Assembly: GCA_964016885.1 (NCBI GenBank)
Contig: OZ024740.1
Coordinates: forward strand, 283,464,001 to 283,528,000
Direction: 5' to 3'
DNA: 64,000 nt
Origin: Eledone cirrhosa
Lineage: Eukaryota
Of the stretch, positions 25,915 through 40,033 are shown piece by piece (within the stretch, counting starts at the first letter, position 1; every line of letters starts with the position of its first letter). A model generated the notes under the pieces. That model searched no databases and was not told the origin of the DNA. It saw nothing but the letters and a program-made list of their open reading frames with translations. The position numbers and the translations under genes are program-made.

Positions 25915-26080
25915 TCCATTGGATCTGAGTTCAAATCCCGCCGAGGTTAACTTTGCCTTTCATCCTTACGGGGTTGATAAAATAAAGTACCAGTCACGCA
26001 CTAGGATCGATTTAATCGATATTCCTCACCCCCAAAGAAAAGAAATTGTTGAACTTGTGCCTATATACGAAACTATTAAT
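25915..26080 (+). mobile_element. SINE S1-related, 5'-truncated
   Basis: B-box plus central domain plus CTTGTGCCTATATACGAAAC tail. Confidence 0.8.
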
Positions 26081-26299
26081 GTTAAATACCGATTTCCTCG
26101 ACTCAATGCACAGATAATTGTATAAAATCACATATATATATTAATAATTGTTTCTACTTTTGGCACAAGGCCAGCAATTACCCAGTGTATTACTGGTACT
26201 TTATATATTAATATTACTGGTACATATATATATTAATAATGGTGGAGCTTAAGCAAATTTTTCCGCCATTGTTATTTCACCCTTATATTCTTCCGCTTA

Positions 26300-26760
26300 T
26301 ATTTGTAGAAGCATGCGTTAAAAAGTACAATGCCTTAACTAAACGATATACAGGCGTTTAGTGGTCTATATTGTTGACATCGCAGTCCATGGGGAATATT
26401 TATCTAATTGATAGGAAATTATAGCAATTCCATTTTATTTTATATGAAGGGTAATGAATGAAAGATCAAGGATGAGGAGCCTGCGAAACTTTGGGGCTTT
26501 CTAGGTCTTTACAGTTTTAGGTGAGTATTTTAAAAACCAAAGATGTTATCGTTGAAAGCTTTAACTTTGGCTTTCGAAGGCCTGAGATGCAACCGTTCCG
26601 AACTGCGATTGAAAGCCTTTGAGCAGCCGCAGGGCAGTCTTTCAAAGTCTTTCGGCGGGATGTGTGAACCTTGAGACTCTAAAGTGCAGCCAAAATTACT
26701 AAAGTGGCCTAATGTGTAGAGGTTGTGAGCTTAAATGTGAACTCTGAGTGCGTAAAGTAC
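26300..26760 (-). pseudogene. Ancient RTE RT remnant
   Basis: HFSNFGCTL..RL..CSKAFNR resembles RTE xFxYLGS..RIxKASxAFGRL; many lesions. Confidence 0.3.
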
Positions 26761-27366
26761 GGCCTTTTGAAAAAAAAACTTGAATTTTGAATAACAGATT
26801 GTATATTTTGTTAACTTCCTAGTACATGATATACTCGGATGTTTGTAAAATCTTTTAAAATGTCATTAAAAGGCAAGTTACATTTTTATTTCTTACTTTA
26901 ACATTTATAATTTTTGTTTCACAATATATATAATTCTATTTTTTCAATATGTTTAATAACATTTCCATTAAAGTAGCCTTATTAGTTTTTATCGAATATA
27001 ATGTGGTCGTTCATTCACTTTCCTGCCTTAATACAATGCCATATTATATGTCGTCTGAATTCAGTGCGACAGCGAAATATGACGGTTTCCCTGTCACTAG
27101 CCTTACATCGAGTACTTGTGATGACGCAGGTTTCAAGGTTTTAAAAGAAAAAAAAAAGGAAGTCTATGGAGATTTCAAGAAACACTGAATATCTATCAAT
27201 CAACTGTGAATATCTTCCTATGTGGTGTGTAGTGTAGAATTATGGAGTGTGAGATAGGGCAAATACATGAATATGAAGTGAGAGGATCGGCAGAAGGAAA
27301 TATGCAAATATTACAGGGAGGGACTTGTTTTGTGATAATGAAACATGTTATATATGTATGTATATG

Positions 27367-27410
<44 letters not shown>

Positions 27411-27435
27411 CGTGTGTGTGTGTATATATATGTGC

Positions 27436-27467
<32 letters not shown>

Positions 27468-27477
27468 ATATATATAT

Positions 27478-27556
<79 letters not shown>

Positions 27557-28194
27557 TGTGTGTGTGTGGTGCGTGTGTGTATGAGTAAACTTATCATCAT
27601 ATGCATTCATGACACATTGAGCCTTCATTTCTATGTCTATTTCTTATATGTATGTGTAAACGGTCACGTATATGCGTGCGTCTGTGACGTGTCGCATATA
27701 GGTCTGCTTAATATTCGTGAATACTGAAGTCACACGTGTTTCCAAATGTACATGTACCGTACTGATATAAAGGAATGCATGTGTGCTTATATATGATTTG
27801 ATATAGCAGAGTCATCAGGGTTCTTGGTCAACTGTTGAGTCTTCTTTTCTTGTCAGATGACAAAGCATGAATACATAGATGAACCTGCAAACTGCTAAAC
27901 CTGAGAAATTTGATATAAGTCTATGGATGAATGTACCTACTACCTATAATTCTTGAAAAACATTAATGTATAAAAATTAGTGGACTCAGTCACACAAAAA
28001 TGACCCCCCCCCCCTCCCCACACACACACACACATATACAAATACATAAGCATACATACATATGTGTGTGTGTATGTGCGGTAGTTAACTTGATTTGGTA
28101 CAAAATACATTGGAAGCATGGTTGATTTCTGGATATTCATACATATATGATATATATATATATGTGTGTGTGTGTGTGCGTGTGTGTGTATGAT

Positions 28195-28640
28195 TCAAAT
28201 TAAAAGATATATGTATATTTAGATAATAGAGAGAGAACGGGTCACATATCGTTTGAGAAAGACAGCATTTTGTACATATATTTAAAACACATATTTATGG
28301 AAAAGTACATACTTTAAGGTGGGAAAGTCCTTATTTTCCCTAATGTACCATTTTGTAGCTCTTAAACCGAAGCAAAAATCGATCTTAGTAATCGATTATC
28401 GATTACCAACTATGGATTTTGGTAAAGCTACGGAAGACGCGCGAAACTGATCATCAGCGGAATCGGCTTTTGGGAAATTCCACCTTAAATTGCGTACTTT
28501 TCCCCAAATATGTACAGATACTGTGTTTCACAAACGATATATGGCTCTTTCTCTATATACATGTATCCTTTAATTTGAAATATTGATGATCTATATAAAT
28601 ATCCATTGAGCCTTTCTACTGAGAAACATAATCTTTATAC
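28195..28640 (+). mobile_element. Old, diverged fold-back element
   Basis: Imperfect ~100-130-bp arms 28195-28325 / 28478-28579; degenerate tail GATC..TT-GAGC at 28588-28611. Confidence 0.55.
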
Positions 28641-28675
28641 ATACTATATGTTATGATATTTCAAAATAGTGTATG

Positions 28676-28706
<31 letters not shown>

Positions 28707-28729
28707 ATGTGTGTGTGTGTGCGTGTGTA

Positions 28730-28848
<119 letters not shown>

Positions 28849-29049
28849 CTTTGTGTGTGTGACTTTGTGTGTGTATGTATGCATTTAATATCTCCGTGTA
28901 AAATGGACATTAGACATGAAATGTTTGATTATTGAAACATACGTAAGAGATAACTTTATTTTCATAAATTCTTTTATTCTTTATATGCCTTAAAACCATG
29001 AACCGAAACATGATTACTACGATACGTTTTAGCACAGGGTGTGTAAAAT

Positions 29050-29450
29050 TGATTGAAACTTCGTCCGTTTCGACTGTCAGTGTTATTGTTTGATCAACGG
29101 AAAAGCCTGCACATGAAATGTACGTTGAAGGGGATAAACATTCCACAAACTTGTATGCTTAATGTAATCCTCAAAGCGATTTAGTGTAAAAATGTGTCTG
29201 AAACATGGCAGGACCTTTGGATTACATGTAGATTCGCTGCGGTCGACTCCCAAAGCAGTTCTATCAACCCAATATCACTTACAAGGCTTGGTTCAACACA
29301 AAGCACTTGCCAAAAATGCCACAGAATGGGACAAACCCGGGACATTATGATTGCAAAGCGAACCTCAACCAGATTTAGCAAAGCTTCTTCTACGTGTACA
29401 ATGTATAGTGATAATGTATGTATGGTCTGGTAACACATGATAGATTAGTA
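29050..29450 (+). pseudogene. Ancient RTE C-terminal remnant
   Basis: MAGPLDYM..RLPKQFY and ALAKNATEW resemble WAGHLxRM..RLPKQLFY and LAxDRxxW. Confidence 0.45.
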
Positions 29451-29574
29451 GGGGCACCGTATTGACATACGGCGTTTCTTGGGTACTTTTTTAAGCTTGG
29501 CAGAACCCATCGCTTTCAAGGTCTGAGTACAGCAGATTTCTTAAAGAGAGAGAAAGAAACGAACACAGAATTAG

Positions 29575-29698
29575 ACTGGTACTTTTTTATTGATCTCGAA
29601 GTATGAAAGGCAAAGTTGACCTCAGCGGGATTTGAACTCTGGGGGCAGGGAGTCGGAACAAATACCATAAAGTATTCTATCTGCCAATTCGTCGCCTA
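29575..29698 (-). mobile_element. SINE S1-related, diverged
   Basis: ATGAAAGGCAAAGTTGACCTCAGCGGGATTTGAACTC. Confidence 0.75.
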
Positions 29699-30081
29699 GG
29701 TGATAAACAGAAAAGAATTATATAACAAGATGAGAAATCGAATCCTTTGCTAAAAAATGTAAGTTCATTGATTTGTCTATTGGAATACGATGTCTGATCT
29801 TAATACCTAATATATAAAAATTAAATGATGTAATGGATAGTTGTTGTTATCTTCATCTAAACAGACATCTAGTTGCGAAATGTCTTCCAAAATGCTCAAT
29901 ACATTTCAATAGTTTATATATATGTATTTCTTTGTAGACTATTAAATCAATATTCGTTTTTAACACATTTCAAACTTTACATACATGTGGTCACTTCATG
30001 AATATAGTCAAGTTTAGATTAAAATATATTTTCGAAACTTATTTGGACAGTTTAAGAACATTAGTCACCATATATATATAT

Positions 30082-30360
30082 ACTAGAAAATTACTCGTCA
30101 AAAATGAGTTTTATAATTCTAAAAAAATATTTCATTAATTCCTTCCATTCCGAATTCTATGTAAAAAATTTCCTAAAACCCCAATTTTCATTGACCTTCT
30201 TCCCTTTTTCACTCCGACATATTTCATTTTACATACATTAAAATCAATTACAGTAAATTTTTCGATATATATTTATGTATTTTTGATGATCAAATATATA
30301 TGCACTAAATTACTAATTTTGTTCTATTTGCTGCCTACCCACCAAGCTGATTATCTATCT
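30082..30360 (-). mobile_element. Possible non-autonomous Helitron 3' portion
   Basis: Minus strand ends ACTC-ATTTTTGAC-GAGT hairpin then CTAG|T; 5' boundary uncertain. Confidence 0.35.
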
Positions 30361-30374
30361 ATTTAGTAAATTTA

Positions 30375-30675
30375 CTTAAAGGTGGGTGAATGAAGCGAAA
30401 ATGGACCGAGTGGTTGGGCCTTATCTGTTTATAAGCCTGTAGGTTGAAGAAGATGGCAAAAGGAAGAAAGGAGCACTTGGACAACACGCTCCTGGAGTTG
30501 AGTGTTGCTCTATCAACGGGGTATTAAACAACCCATTTGTGGCGCTTCCCCCCTATTGGGGATTTCGATTGTTGTAATTGTTTGTTTTTATATTTTTTAC
30601 ACGACTATGTAAAATCCCCGGCATGTCTTTCTATTGTCCCCTTTTCTTGTGCATTCTTGTGGCAAATAAAGAAAT
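30375..30675 (+). mobile_element. Tx1-type LINE 3' fragment
   Basis: AAAGGTGGGTGAA and CCCCTTTTCTTGTGC..GTGGCAAATAAA match the 14316-14610 3' end; TATCTA on both flanks. Confidence 0.75.
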
Positions 30676-30682
30676 ATATATC

Positions 30683-30741
<59 letters not shown>

Positions 30742-31525
30742 TGTGTGTGTGTGTCGTGTATGTTTATATGTTGTATGTGTGTGTGTGCGCACGCTTGTGT
30801 GTTTGTTTGTGTTTGTGTGTGTGTGTGTGTGTGTGTGCGTGTGTGTGCTTGTGCGTGCGTGCGTGTGTGTCTGTGTTTAAGGATTGCTCATAGTTATGAT
30901 TAGATGATAATTTAATATATTATTCAATAAATATCTTACTTGAAAATATTTATAGACGTACGTTGTCCAAATTAAACCTCCTAGCTTGAAGGCCTTAACA
31001 GTAATTTACTCTGCTACTTGTAGACCTATCTATTAACCCTGGTTACATCTTTGATAAAAATTGATGTGAAACATTATAAATATCAACTAAATTATGATTC
31101 ACCCTTCGTCTATTATTTCTTACATACGCAGTTCACTGGCTGTAAATAGGTACCATGCAATGACAAATATCACATTGAGCTTCAGGAATGATGCGGAATA
31201 GTTCATTCAAATATATATAATTTGTAGAGAAACAGCTCTAAAATCAATACTTACAGATGAATTCGATTGGCAGTAAAATCAATCAATTGATTCTAATTAC
31301 CACACGAGTATAAGATAAATAATTTAGATAGATTGATTTAGCATATAATATTAACAACAACGACATTGCTAGAAAATTAGAAAAAAATCGATTCGTTTGA
31401 AGTACTCGGCTTTTTCTGTTGTGCCCGGTTGCAAATAGTTGACTAATACAATGATACATGTATGTCTGTATATACTAAATTATGTATATGTATGTCTATG
31501 ATTATATATATATATATACACAAAC

Positions 31526-31548
<23 letters not shown>

Positions 31549-31556
<8 letters not shown>

Positions 31557-31987
31557 ATATTAACAAATGGAAACTATATTTATAAAACCATATTTATTTC
31601 ATTATACGTATTTCAAGGGCCACCAAGGCAGATTATGGTGCGCTTTCATGAGATAAAATATAATATAGATTAGTTTTATAAATAAATATTGACATACCCT
31701 GAAAAATGCAACCTTCACGGTTGGAGTCTCCCGTGAAGGTTACATTTTTCAGGGTATGTCAATATTTATTTATAAAACTAATCTATATTATATTTTATCT
31801 CATGAAAGCGCACCATAATCTGCCTTGGTGGCCCTTGAAATACGTATAATGAAATAAATATGGTTTTATAAATATAGTTTCCATTTGTTAATATATTGTA
31901 TATTTACTCCAATTAATTTGTTGAGTGCTTTATATCAGTTATAAAAATATTTTGCTTGTTGTACCCCAACAAATTAAATATAATCTC

Positions 31988-31990
<3 letters not shown>
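31549..31990 (+). mobile_element. Fold-back Penelope-like pLTR element (family B)
   Basis: 172-bp arms 31549-31720 / 31731-31902 (1 mismatch seen), 10-nt spacer, 88-bp unpaired tail, (TA)n on both sides. Confidence 0.87.
31791..31856 (+). ncRNA. Type I hammerhead motif with G5-to-C core change
   Basis: TATTTTAT-CTCATGA-stem II (CACCA/TGGTG)-GAAA-TACGTA-TA-ATGAAATA; stem II covaries with the 4584 copy (TACCA/TGGTA). Confidence 0.7.
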
Positions 31991-32083
<93 letters not shown>

Positions 32084-32329
32084 TGTATGTATGTATTCTT
32101 TCGTGTATATGTATGTGCATGAATCTTTTCTTTAATTATTTGAATTATTCATTTATGGAAGGAGTTGGTTTCTAACAAAGAAACAAAGCTTCATCACTGG
32201 GATTTGGATAAGTGAAATTGTATCACATTTTGAACTTTAGAAACGTCTTGTATATGTTTTCTGTTTTATTTTCAAATTGTATTTATAAGGTTCATGATAG
32301 CTGGTGTAGAGTCACGTGACGTTGTGTTA

Positions 32330-32587
32330 CGTGTGTTGAAAGTACGATCATAATGTCGTCGTTCAAGTCCTGGACTGTGTTGTGTGTTATGTTCTTGAGC
32401 AAAACACTTCATTTCACGTTGTTCCAGTATACTCAACAGAAAATGAGTACCAGCAGTAGCTGGGAGTTTAACCCCGCAATCTTCTAGCGTTCTGTCCAGA
32501 GTGGACGTGTACTCTCATTCGTTTAACGCCAAGGAAACCAGAATAAGCACCGGCCTAATGAACCTTCTGGCTCCAGACAGACTTTAG
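32330..32587 (+). mobile_element. CORE-type tRNA SINE (octopus OR-like), diverged
   Basis: B-box GTTCAAGTCC, CORE-like TGTTCTTGAGCAAAACACTTCATTTCAC. Confidence 0.6.
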
Positions 32588-32671
32588 ATAGTAGGTGGTC
32601 AACTGTTATGTCTGGAAATCCTCTATTTTCCTAGTGGGCAATTAGCCAAACGCTCTAACAGGTGAATATAT

Positions 32672-32880
32672 AATTGTTTCTACATTTGGTACAAGGCCAG
32701 CAATTATCCCAGTGCATTTTATCGACTCCGTAAGGATGAAAGGCAAAGTTAACCTCGGCATTATAATAATTGTTTCTACTTATGGCACAAGGCCAGCAAT
32801 TATCCCAGTGTATTACTAGTACTTTATTTTATCGACCTCGTAAGGAGGAAAGGCAAAGTTAACCTCGGCGGGATTTAAAC
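32672..32880 (-). mobile_element. Two tandem 5'-truncated S1 SINEs
   Basis: Two successive tail-plus-central-domain copies. Confidence 0.85.
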
Positions 32881-35800
32881 TGCTATCGCAGCCATTTGTA
32901 GACTATGAATTAGGGAGCTGCGCTCTTTGTCCGAAAATCCAAGTTCAGTCAATTTTGGTCCAAGCGAGTTGGTATATAACCCGTAGCTCCAATAATGATG
33001 GGTATGAAGCTAAAGGTGTATCTTGGATACTGGATTTGTAAACTCCTCATAAATGGTCCGTAGATGTCCTCCTCCTGTATTTTTCTGACAACGTTTACAC
33101 AAGTGGGCAGCTGATCTCCACAACAGAACACGTTTTCAATGTGTGGTCCCAAACAACAATATCAGGCCGGCTGTGCTTTAATTTGGTGGCAGTTTTTATT
33201 TTCAGGTTCCACCAGTATTCCTTAGTGCCATCTGTCTCAATATATTCTTCCTCGTTTGTTGTTAATTTTGTTTTCCGAAGTGTGTTCCAGATGGTTCTAG
33301 CTATCCCTTCGTGTCTCATGGGGAGGTAGTAGCGAGATGACATTCTTTCGCAGCTGGCAACAATGTGGCTTACATCCTCGATCTTTGTTTAGATAGCCTC
33401 CATTTATTGTCAGCTGATGGCCCTCCCCTTTTGTGCAGCAGATATTTGGTAGGGAGTTCTTGTTCCTGTATTGCATAGAGATATCCCTCAAGGTGTGATG
33501 TCATAAACTTGTCGGAACTCCATGCCAGCCAAGTTTTTGAGTGGTTTATCCCCTCTATGGTCTTTGTTTTACGTCTCAAGTATCCATGCACAACATTTTC
33601 TGTAAATTGGTGAATTTTTTCATCTTGTTTGAACATTGAATAGGATCTTCCGATTTCTCTGGGTGAGAGATTTATATCAGGCTTTATTCCATATCTCTCC
33701 TTCAGATAAGTGGTTATTCTAATGATTTTTTTTCATGCTCATAAACCTGGGCAAGTTGGTTGCCAACCGTTTTCCTCTGTTGAAGATGTTGCTTCAGTGT
33801 TACTATCCGGGTATCATATGATGTTAATATGGATTTTAGACCCCGGGCACCTTCCTTGCGTGAGAAGTATAGCCTATCCACATCACCATTGATGTTAAAG
33901 TTCCCAGTAACACTGAAGTTTGCGAGTTCTAACATCCATCTCACTTAGTTCTTGCAATGACCAGTTCAGCAGGCAAAATGTTGGCGTTAGAATTGGCACA
34001 GCATAAGTATTGTGGGCAATGTATTTGTTGTATGCTGACAGTTCTGATGACCATATTTTCTTTACTCTTCTGAGGTATTCAGTTCTGTTTCTCTCCTTAT
34101 TTATGGGTCCATCATATCTGACATTCTCATCCTGTCCAAGATATCTGTAGTTTTCACCTGACTGTAGAGGTTGTATTTATCAGGCCGTTCATCTCTAGCT
34201 TTCTAGAGGAGGGCACAGCTCTTCTACGTTTTACTGCCAAATATCCACACTTGGACTCACCAAATTTCATTTTGATGTCTGTTGAAAACTGTGTAATGAG
34301 GTCCAATTTTTTCTTGATGTCATTGATATTTGGCCCATACAACTTCAGGTCATCAACAAAGAAAAGATGGGAGATACTTCTGGACCCACTTCTTTGTCCA
34401 CCTTGATTCCTGAGTAGGTAAGATAGTGGATTTAGTGAGAGAACGAAGAGTAGCACTGACAACCTATCACCCTGAAAGACGCCCTTCTGGTAATGTATCT
34501 TATCAGTCTTAACTTGCTCCTTCTCACCTCTAAGGATCAAATTGGTGTACCAGTTCTTGGTCAGACGTACAACAGCAGCTACCAGTGGTTGTGGGACTTT
34601 GGCTAACTGTAAAGCCTTAACAATCCACCCATGAGGTACACTATCAAATGCTTTTTGATAGTCCAGCCACACCACAGTCATGTTTCTGCGATTCGTTGTT
34701 GTTTTTTCTTGAATCATTTTATTAGTTAGTAGGTGATCTATGCAACCCCACACCACTCTCTTTCCACTATCTTGCTCAGGTGTTATGATGTTGTTGGTAG
34801 CACAGTGATCCTGTAAGAACAGGTTAAGGCACCCAGTATATAATTTATACATGATGTTTTGGCAGGCTATTGGGCGGTAAATTTAGCAAGGGTGGTTTGG
34901 CTATTTTTGGAAATGAGGAGAGTAGTGGCAGTTGATAACCATCTGGGCAGTTCTTGTGTGCCTTTAATGGATTCTATAAACAGCCGTATGAGATCTTGCC
35001 GATAGAAAGTTAAATTCTTTAACCAGTATCCTGTAATGAGGTCTAGGCCTGGTGATTTCCTATTCGACATTTTCTGTAGAGCTGTTTCCAGTATTGACCC
35101 ACCTATGTCATATTGTTTTGTCTGGACATGTTGGCAGTAGTCCTGTTCCAGTTCTTTTAGCCAATTAGTTTGTTTGTTGAATCCGTCATCCGTTTCCCAT
35201 ACAGATCTCCAGTAGCTCTCAACCTGTTCTTTTGAAGGGGTATCATTTACAGAGATTGAGCTTTTGCCACCGAAGCTGCGATAAACTGATTTAGGATCTC
35301 TGGCAAACAATCTATTTAGCACTTGTCGTTTATGTGCTGTTGACTTATATTTTAGTCTTTCTGTTGTAGCTGTGAGTTGTTGTTCCAACTGGTGTAATTT
35401 GGAGTTTAAAGTTTTAAATTTTGTATCTCCTTTTTTTTAGGTCTTCCTGGAGTCGTGTGAAGTTGCTCTCTATGTTGCATTTCATAACGACTGCGATGTA
35501 TGAGATACTTCGTCTCAGGGACAACATTTTGCTTTTTAAATTACGCATCCACGCTGGTTCAGGCTTTTTGTTTGTATCTTGATTGCGTTGTTTTAGATGT
35601 TTGTTATATGATAGCAATGTGACAGCTGAAACATATAACAAAATGTTAAGCGTTTCAAATGTCGTTACTACACCTTTAGATCGTATAGCCTTCAGATAAT
35701 TATCAGCTATTTCGTTCACCGCTTCCAATTCCAACTTAGTGGGTTCTTTACTGATTCTGGTGTTGTATGGTCTGTCACTCACATTAAGGCTGTGTATCTC

Positions 35801-36345
35801 TTGAAACATATCGTCCCATATCACTTGTAAAGTGTCCACAAGTTGTTGGTGTTCTGCTTGTACAGTAGAGTCATGCATTTCAGCCTCGTTGTTGATGTGG
35901 TGACAATTACTACTAGAGTTAGCTGACGATTCTTGCTGTTCTTCAGTGGAAGTGGGATGGATTTCAGCAAAATTGTTGGTGAGCTGTTCACTGTTAGATT
36001 TAGCTGGCCATTCTCTTTGTATGTCAGTGGAGGTGGGGTGGTTGTCTACAAGGGCTGTATTTGTAGTATCACTCAATTCCGTTAGATGTATCAATTTACA
36101 TCTAATGATACATTTTGCCTGTTCATTTAAATGCTTTGGAGAAAAGTCTAATTCTGGGTGTTTGGAGTTCCATAAAGTTTTTAGCCTTTGCATAAAACTG
36201 AACTTTTGGGGTCCAGATTGTTTGTATGCTTCATATAATTCTTTGTTAAGCTCGTAGCTCCACTGTATACAACAGTTGTAGTTGCGATTTGGTCGAAGGA
36301 GACTTGTACGTTTTGCCATGATGAGTTGGTCTATTCACTAATATT
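32881..36345 (-). mobile_element. Near full-length, frameshifted R4/Dong-type RLE LINE (family X)
   Basis: N-terminal W..E.N..LY..Y..S (ORF 35414-36319); RT motifs KSPGLD, WLDYQKAFDSVPH, GVFQGD.LS, HLFFVDDLKLY; C-terminal RHE, RPDI, EISCP; 3' end cut by SINEs. Confidence 0.9.
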
Positions 36346-36489
36346 TTGTATGTGTGTATGTATGTATGTGCGTATGTATGTAGGCATGTATGTATGTGTG
36401 CATGTGTGAATGTATGTGTGTATGTATGCATGTATGTATGTATCTATGAATGTTGCATGCACGTATGTATGTATATGTGTATGTACGTT

Positions 36490-36590
36490 TCTCTGTTAAT
36501 TTCAAGTAGATTTTTTTATCAGCCACCTTCCTGGTGCTAAGGTTGTAAACAAAAAGAAATTACCATCCCTTAAATTGCAAGAATGTTTTG
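36490..36590 (-). mobile_element. Family X-like 3' terminal fragment in (CATA)n
   Basis: Matches 22410-22503 (KTFLQFKG then 3'UTR). Confidence 0.7.
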
Positions 36591-37319
36591 TATGTATTTG
36601 TGTATGTATGTATGTATGTATATAGGTATGTATGTGTATATGTATATATATATATGTGTGTATGCATGCACGTATGTATGTATGTGTGTGTGTATGTATG
36701 TATGTATGTATGTATGTATGTATGTATGTATGTATGTATGTATGTATGTATGTATGTATGTGTATATGTATATATGTGTATATGCATGCACGTATGTATG
36801 TATATATGTACTCGTATGTAACCAGCAGTATTCTTCAGTGTAAGAAAAAGCTTCTATCCAGATACGCAACTACGTGTATTATTGAGCTTCTTTTTTCCTT
36901 CTTTTTTTTTTTTTTCATTTTCTAAACCCTACCTTGTGCAATAAACCAAAGGTTTCATATTAACTTTAGTTTCATTTCTCTTTCCTTTTTCGAACCTAGC
37001 ATAAGTAATCCTCTTTTTAAATCATATATTCAATGACAACATTCACTTCTATTTTTCATTACAGATAAATTCCTGAAAACAATACATTTTCGAACATTCC
37101 AAAAGTGGACGTTTCTCATTTTCGGGTGAGTAACATATTTTTCTATCACCTCTTTTCATAATTATTTAAAAAAATATATTTACCTATAGCAATCCTTTTC
37201 AACTTATTTTGACACGAAACGCATAACTATATCTTATAGACAATCACCAACACGTTAAGTGTATTTATTTGTTAGATGAAACAAATATTATTTTTTGAGA
37301 GAGTATTTATTCGTATAAA

Positions 37320-37590
37320 TAATTGTTTCTACTTTTGGCACAAGGCCAGCACTTACCCAGTACATTACCGGTACTTGATTTCTAGTATAGGCACAAGGCC
37401 AATAATTTGGGGGGAGGGAAAAGTCGATTAAATCGACCCAGTATGTTACTGGTGCTTTATTTTATCGACCCCGTAAGGATGAAAGGCAAAGTTAACCTCG
37501 GCGGGATTTGAACTCAACCGTAAAGGGCCGTAACTCTATGCTGCAAACCATGCTGTCCGACTCTCTGTCGATACTACCAATGCACCGCCT
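37320..37590 (-). mobile_element. S1 SINE full copy plus stacked tail fragment
   Basis: Family match. Confidence 0.85.
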
Positions 37591-38410
37591 TTATTCGTAT
37601 AAATAATAAAACAAAACATGATTATTGAAATTCATTCAGAGAACATTTTGAGAAAATCCGAAAACTTTTCCCGAAGTCTTTACTATTTGGAACGTGTCAT
37701 TAGCCCAGTTTGCTAAAAATGCATTATGATCAATCTATGAAAAACTTCGCTGTAAAATTGTGATATTTATTGCAAACATAAAATTATGTTTGCATACGAT
37801 AATACAAATATTGCTTGTATGAGAATTAAAGAGAAGATAATGTATTTTTTCAGAAGAGTTAAAGTGTGAGGCTGTGGCCTCTATTATTTACTCTTTTTTT
37901 TTTTCTTAGAAACGATCAGAAATAAACTGACATTTAATCTAAATTAAAAAATAGAATCCGTTCCCTTGGGATTTCTTCATTTCTATACAACTGTATCCAA
38001 ACTCAAACAAACAAGTGAGACTTATGTAGCTACATAGCTATATTTGATAGAAATATAGACCAAATTTCTCGAAAACATTATCTTGCCTCCTTAATAAATG
38101 ATAAATGGGTTGTTCTAGAGAGCGATATATTTTACGTAAGAACAAAGGACGTGATAGTGTTAGCTTGAATACCTTTTATTGTTGATCTGCTCAATGTGAG
38201 CTACCATGGGGATAAACAACTGCAAATATTGAGAGGTATTGCTTTAACAACAGCGGTTTACAATTACATTAAGCTTGTAAAGAAATGCAATGAACAGGGT
38301 TGACCTGAGGCTAAATAAAAATAATAATAACAACAAATTCCGCAACTAGATTTGCTTGTATGGTTCTATTCTGTATGCGATTAACAATAATGCAAATACC
38401 GGATATGATC

Positions 38411-38522
38411 AATAATTGTTTCCACTTTTGGCACAAGGCCATCAATTATCCAGTACATTACTGGTACTTTATTTTATCGACCCCGTAAGGATGAAAGGCA
38501 AAGTTAACCTCGGCGGGATTTG
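38411..38522 (-). mobile_element. S1 SINE, 5'-truncated
   Basis: Family match; TGATCAATAAT on both flanks is a likely TSD. Confidence 0.85.
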
Positions 38523-38632
38523 ATCAATAATGTCGGTGAGAAAGCGGCAGTCGAATTGATGTAACCTTGACACATAATCTAAAGCTGTTATCTATCGGTC
38601 TATCTATCTATCTACCTATCTATCCCGCTCTA

Positions 38633-38685
<53 letters not shown>

Positions 38686-38686
<1 letters not shown>

Positions 38687-39009
38687 ATGGCTGCCCCCTC
38701 GTTATCGAGTGTGGCCATTGCACGATATATCATTATTAATAATTATTAATTAATTCTATCGTGCAATGCCTGTGCGCGAAGATATTTTTTAAAGTGAGGA
38801 AAGACTGTGCACTGAGCCAATCCCACTCTCTGAGCGACAGTAGCTATAACCCGAAAACAAGAAAAGATCAACATCATCGGTATCTACTGAGCCGCAGGTT
38901 TTATATCAGAGTTATTCCAGTTTCCTGCGCTGACAAAAGCTAGGGGTCCTTCACTCCCAGTGGTTTAACGGCGCGATCGGGTGTCCAGCCCGACTATTTC
39001 TATGTCTCC
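38686..39009 (-). mobile_element. Bipartite non-autonomous RTE-derived element (uninterrupted copy)
   Basis: Collinear with 1899-2433 minus the SINE. Confidence 0.75.
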
Positions 39010-39052
39010 GCGCATATACATACACATGCACCCATATATATATATATATACA

Positions 39053-39210
39053 TGGATACACTGGAAGAGGAAGACCAAGGTTAACGTATGTTGATGCCCT
39101 AAGGACAGACACTGGTCTGTTGGAGACGCAAGACTTGTTAGCGATAATGAGGGACAGAGACCGCTCGAGAGAACTGGTCCATGGATCTCGGGAATTTTAC
39201 CCGCCCTAGA
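39053..39210 (+). mobile_element. RTE-like LINE 3' fragment
   Basis: [33 protein letters not shown] is a typical RTE/RTEX C-terminus. Confidence 0.65.
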
Positions 39211-39237
39211 TATATAAATATACATATATATATATAT

Positions 39238-39349
<112 letters not shown>

Positions 39350-39367
39350 ATATATATATATATATAT

Positions 39368-39450
<83 letters not shown>

Positions 39451-39466
39451 CATGTATGTGTGTATG

Positions 39467-39516
<50 letters not shown>

Positions 39517-39822
39517 CTTTATCAATAATCTAACACAGAGAGGAAGATACGAAGTTTTTTTATCATAAATGTAAATGAATAATGTTCCCTTTGTTTTTTT
39601 TTATATTATCTATTCATCTATGTTTTTAGCAAACTACGTGCATACATATATATATATATATATATATACAATCATACATACGTACATACATACATACACA
39701 TGGCTATGGGGTTGTGTACGTCGATATACATATACATTCATATATCTGTTCCTGTATGTTCAAATACACATTATGGTGTGTATGTATATTTACATATATA
39801 TATAAATATATATACATATATG

Positions 39823-39857
<35 letters not shown>

Positions 39858-39992
39858 GCACACACTTATATATAAATATGTATGTGTGTGTGTATGTGTG
39901 TAAATGTGTATGTGCGTGTGTGTGTATATGTATATTTATATATACATGTACGTGTATATGTATATATATATATATATATATGTGTATGTATT

Positions 39993-40033
<41 letters not shown>

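Noticed and set aside
31549-31990. Classical MITE interpretation of the palindromes
   Set aside because: Arms are asymmetric with an unpaired tail, vary between copies of one family and contain hammerhead motifs.
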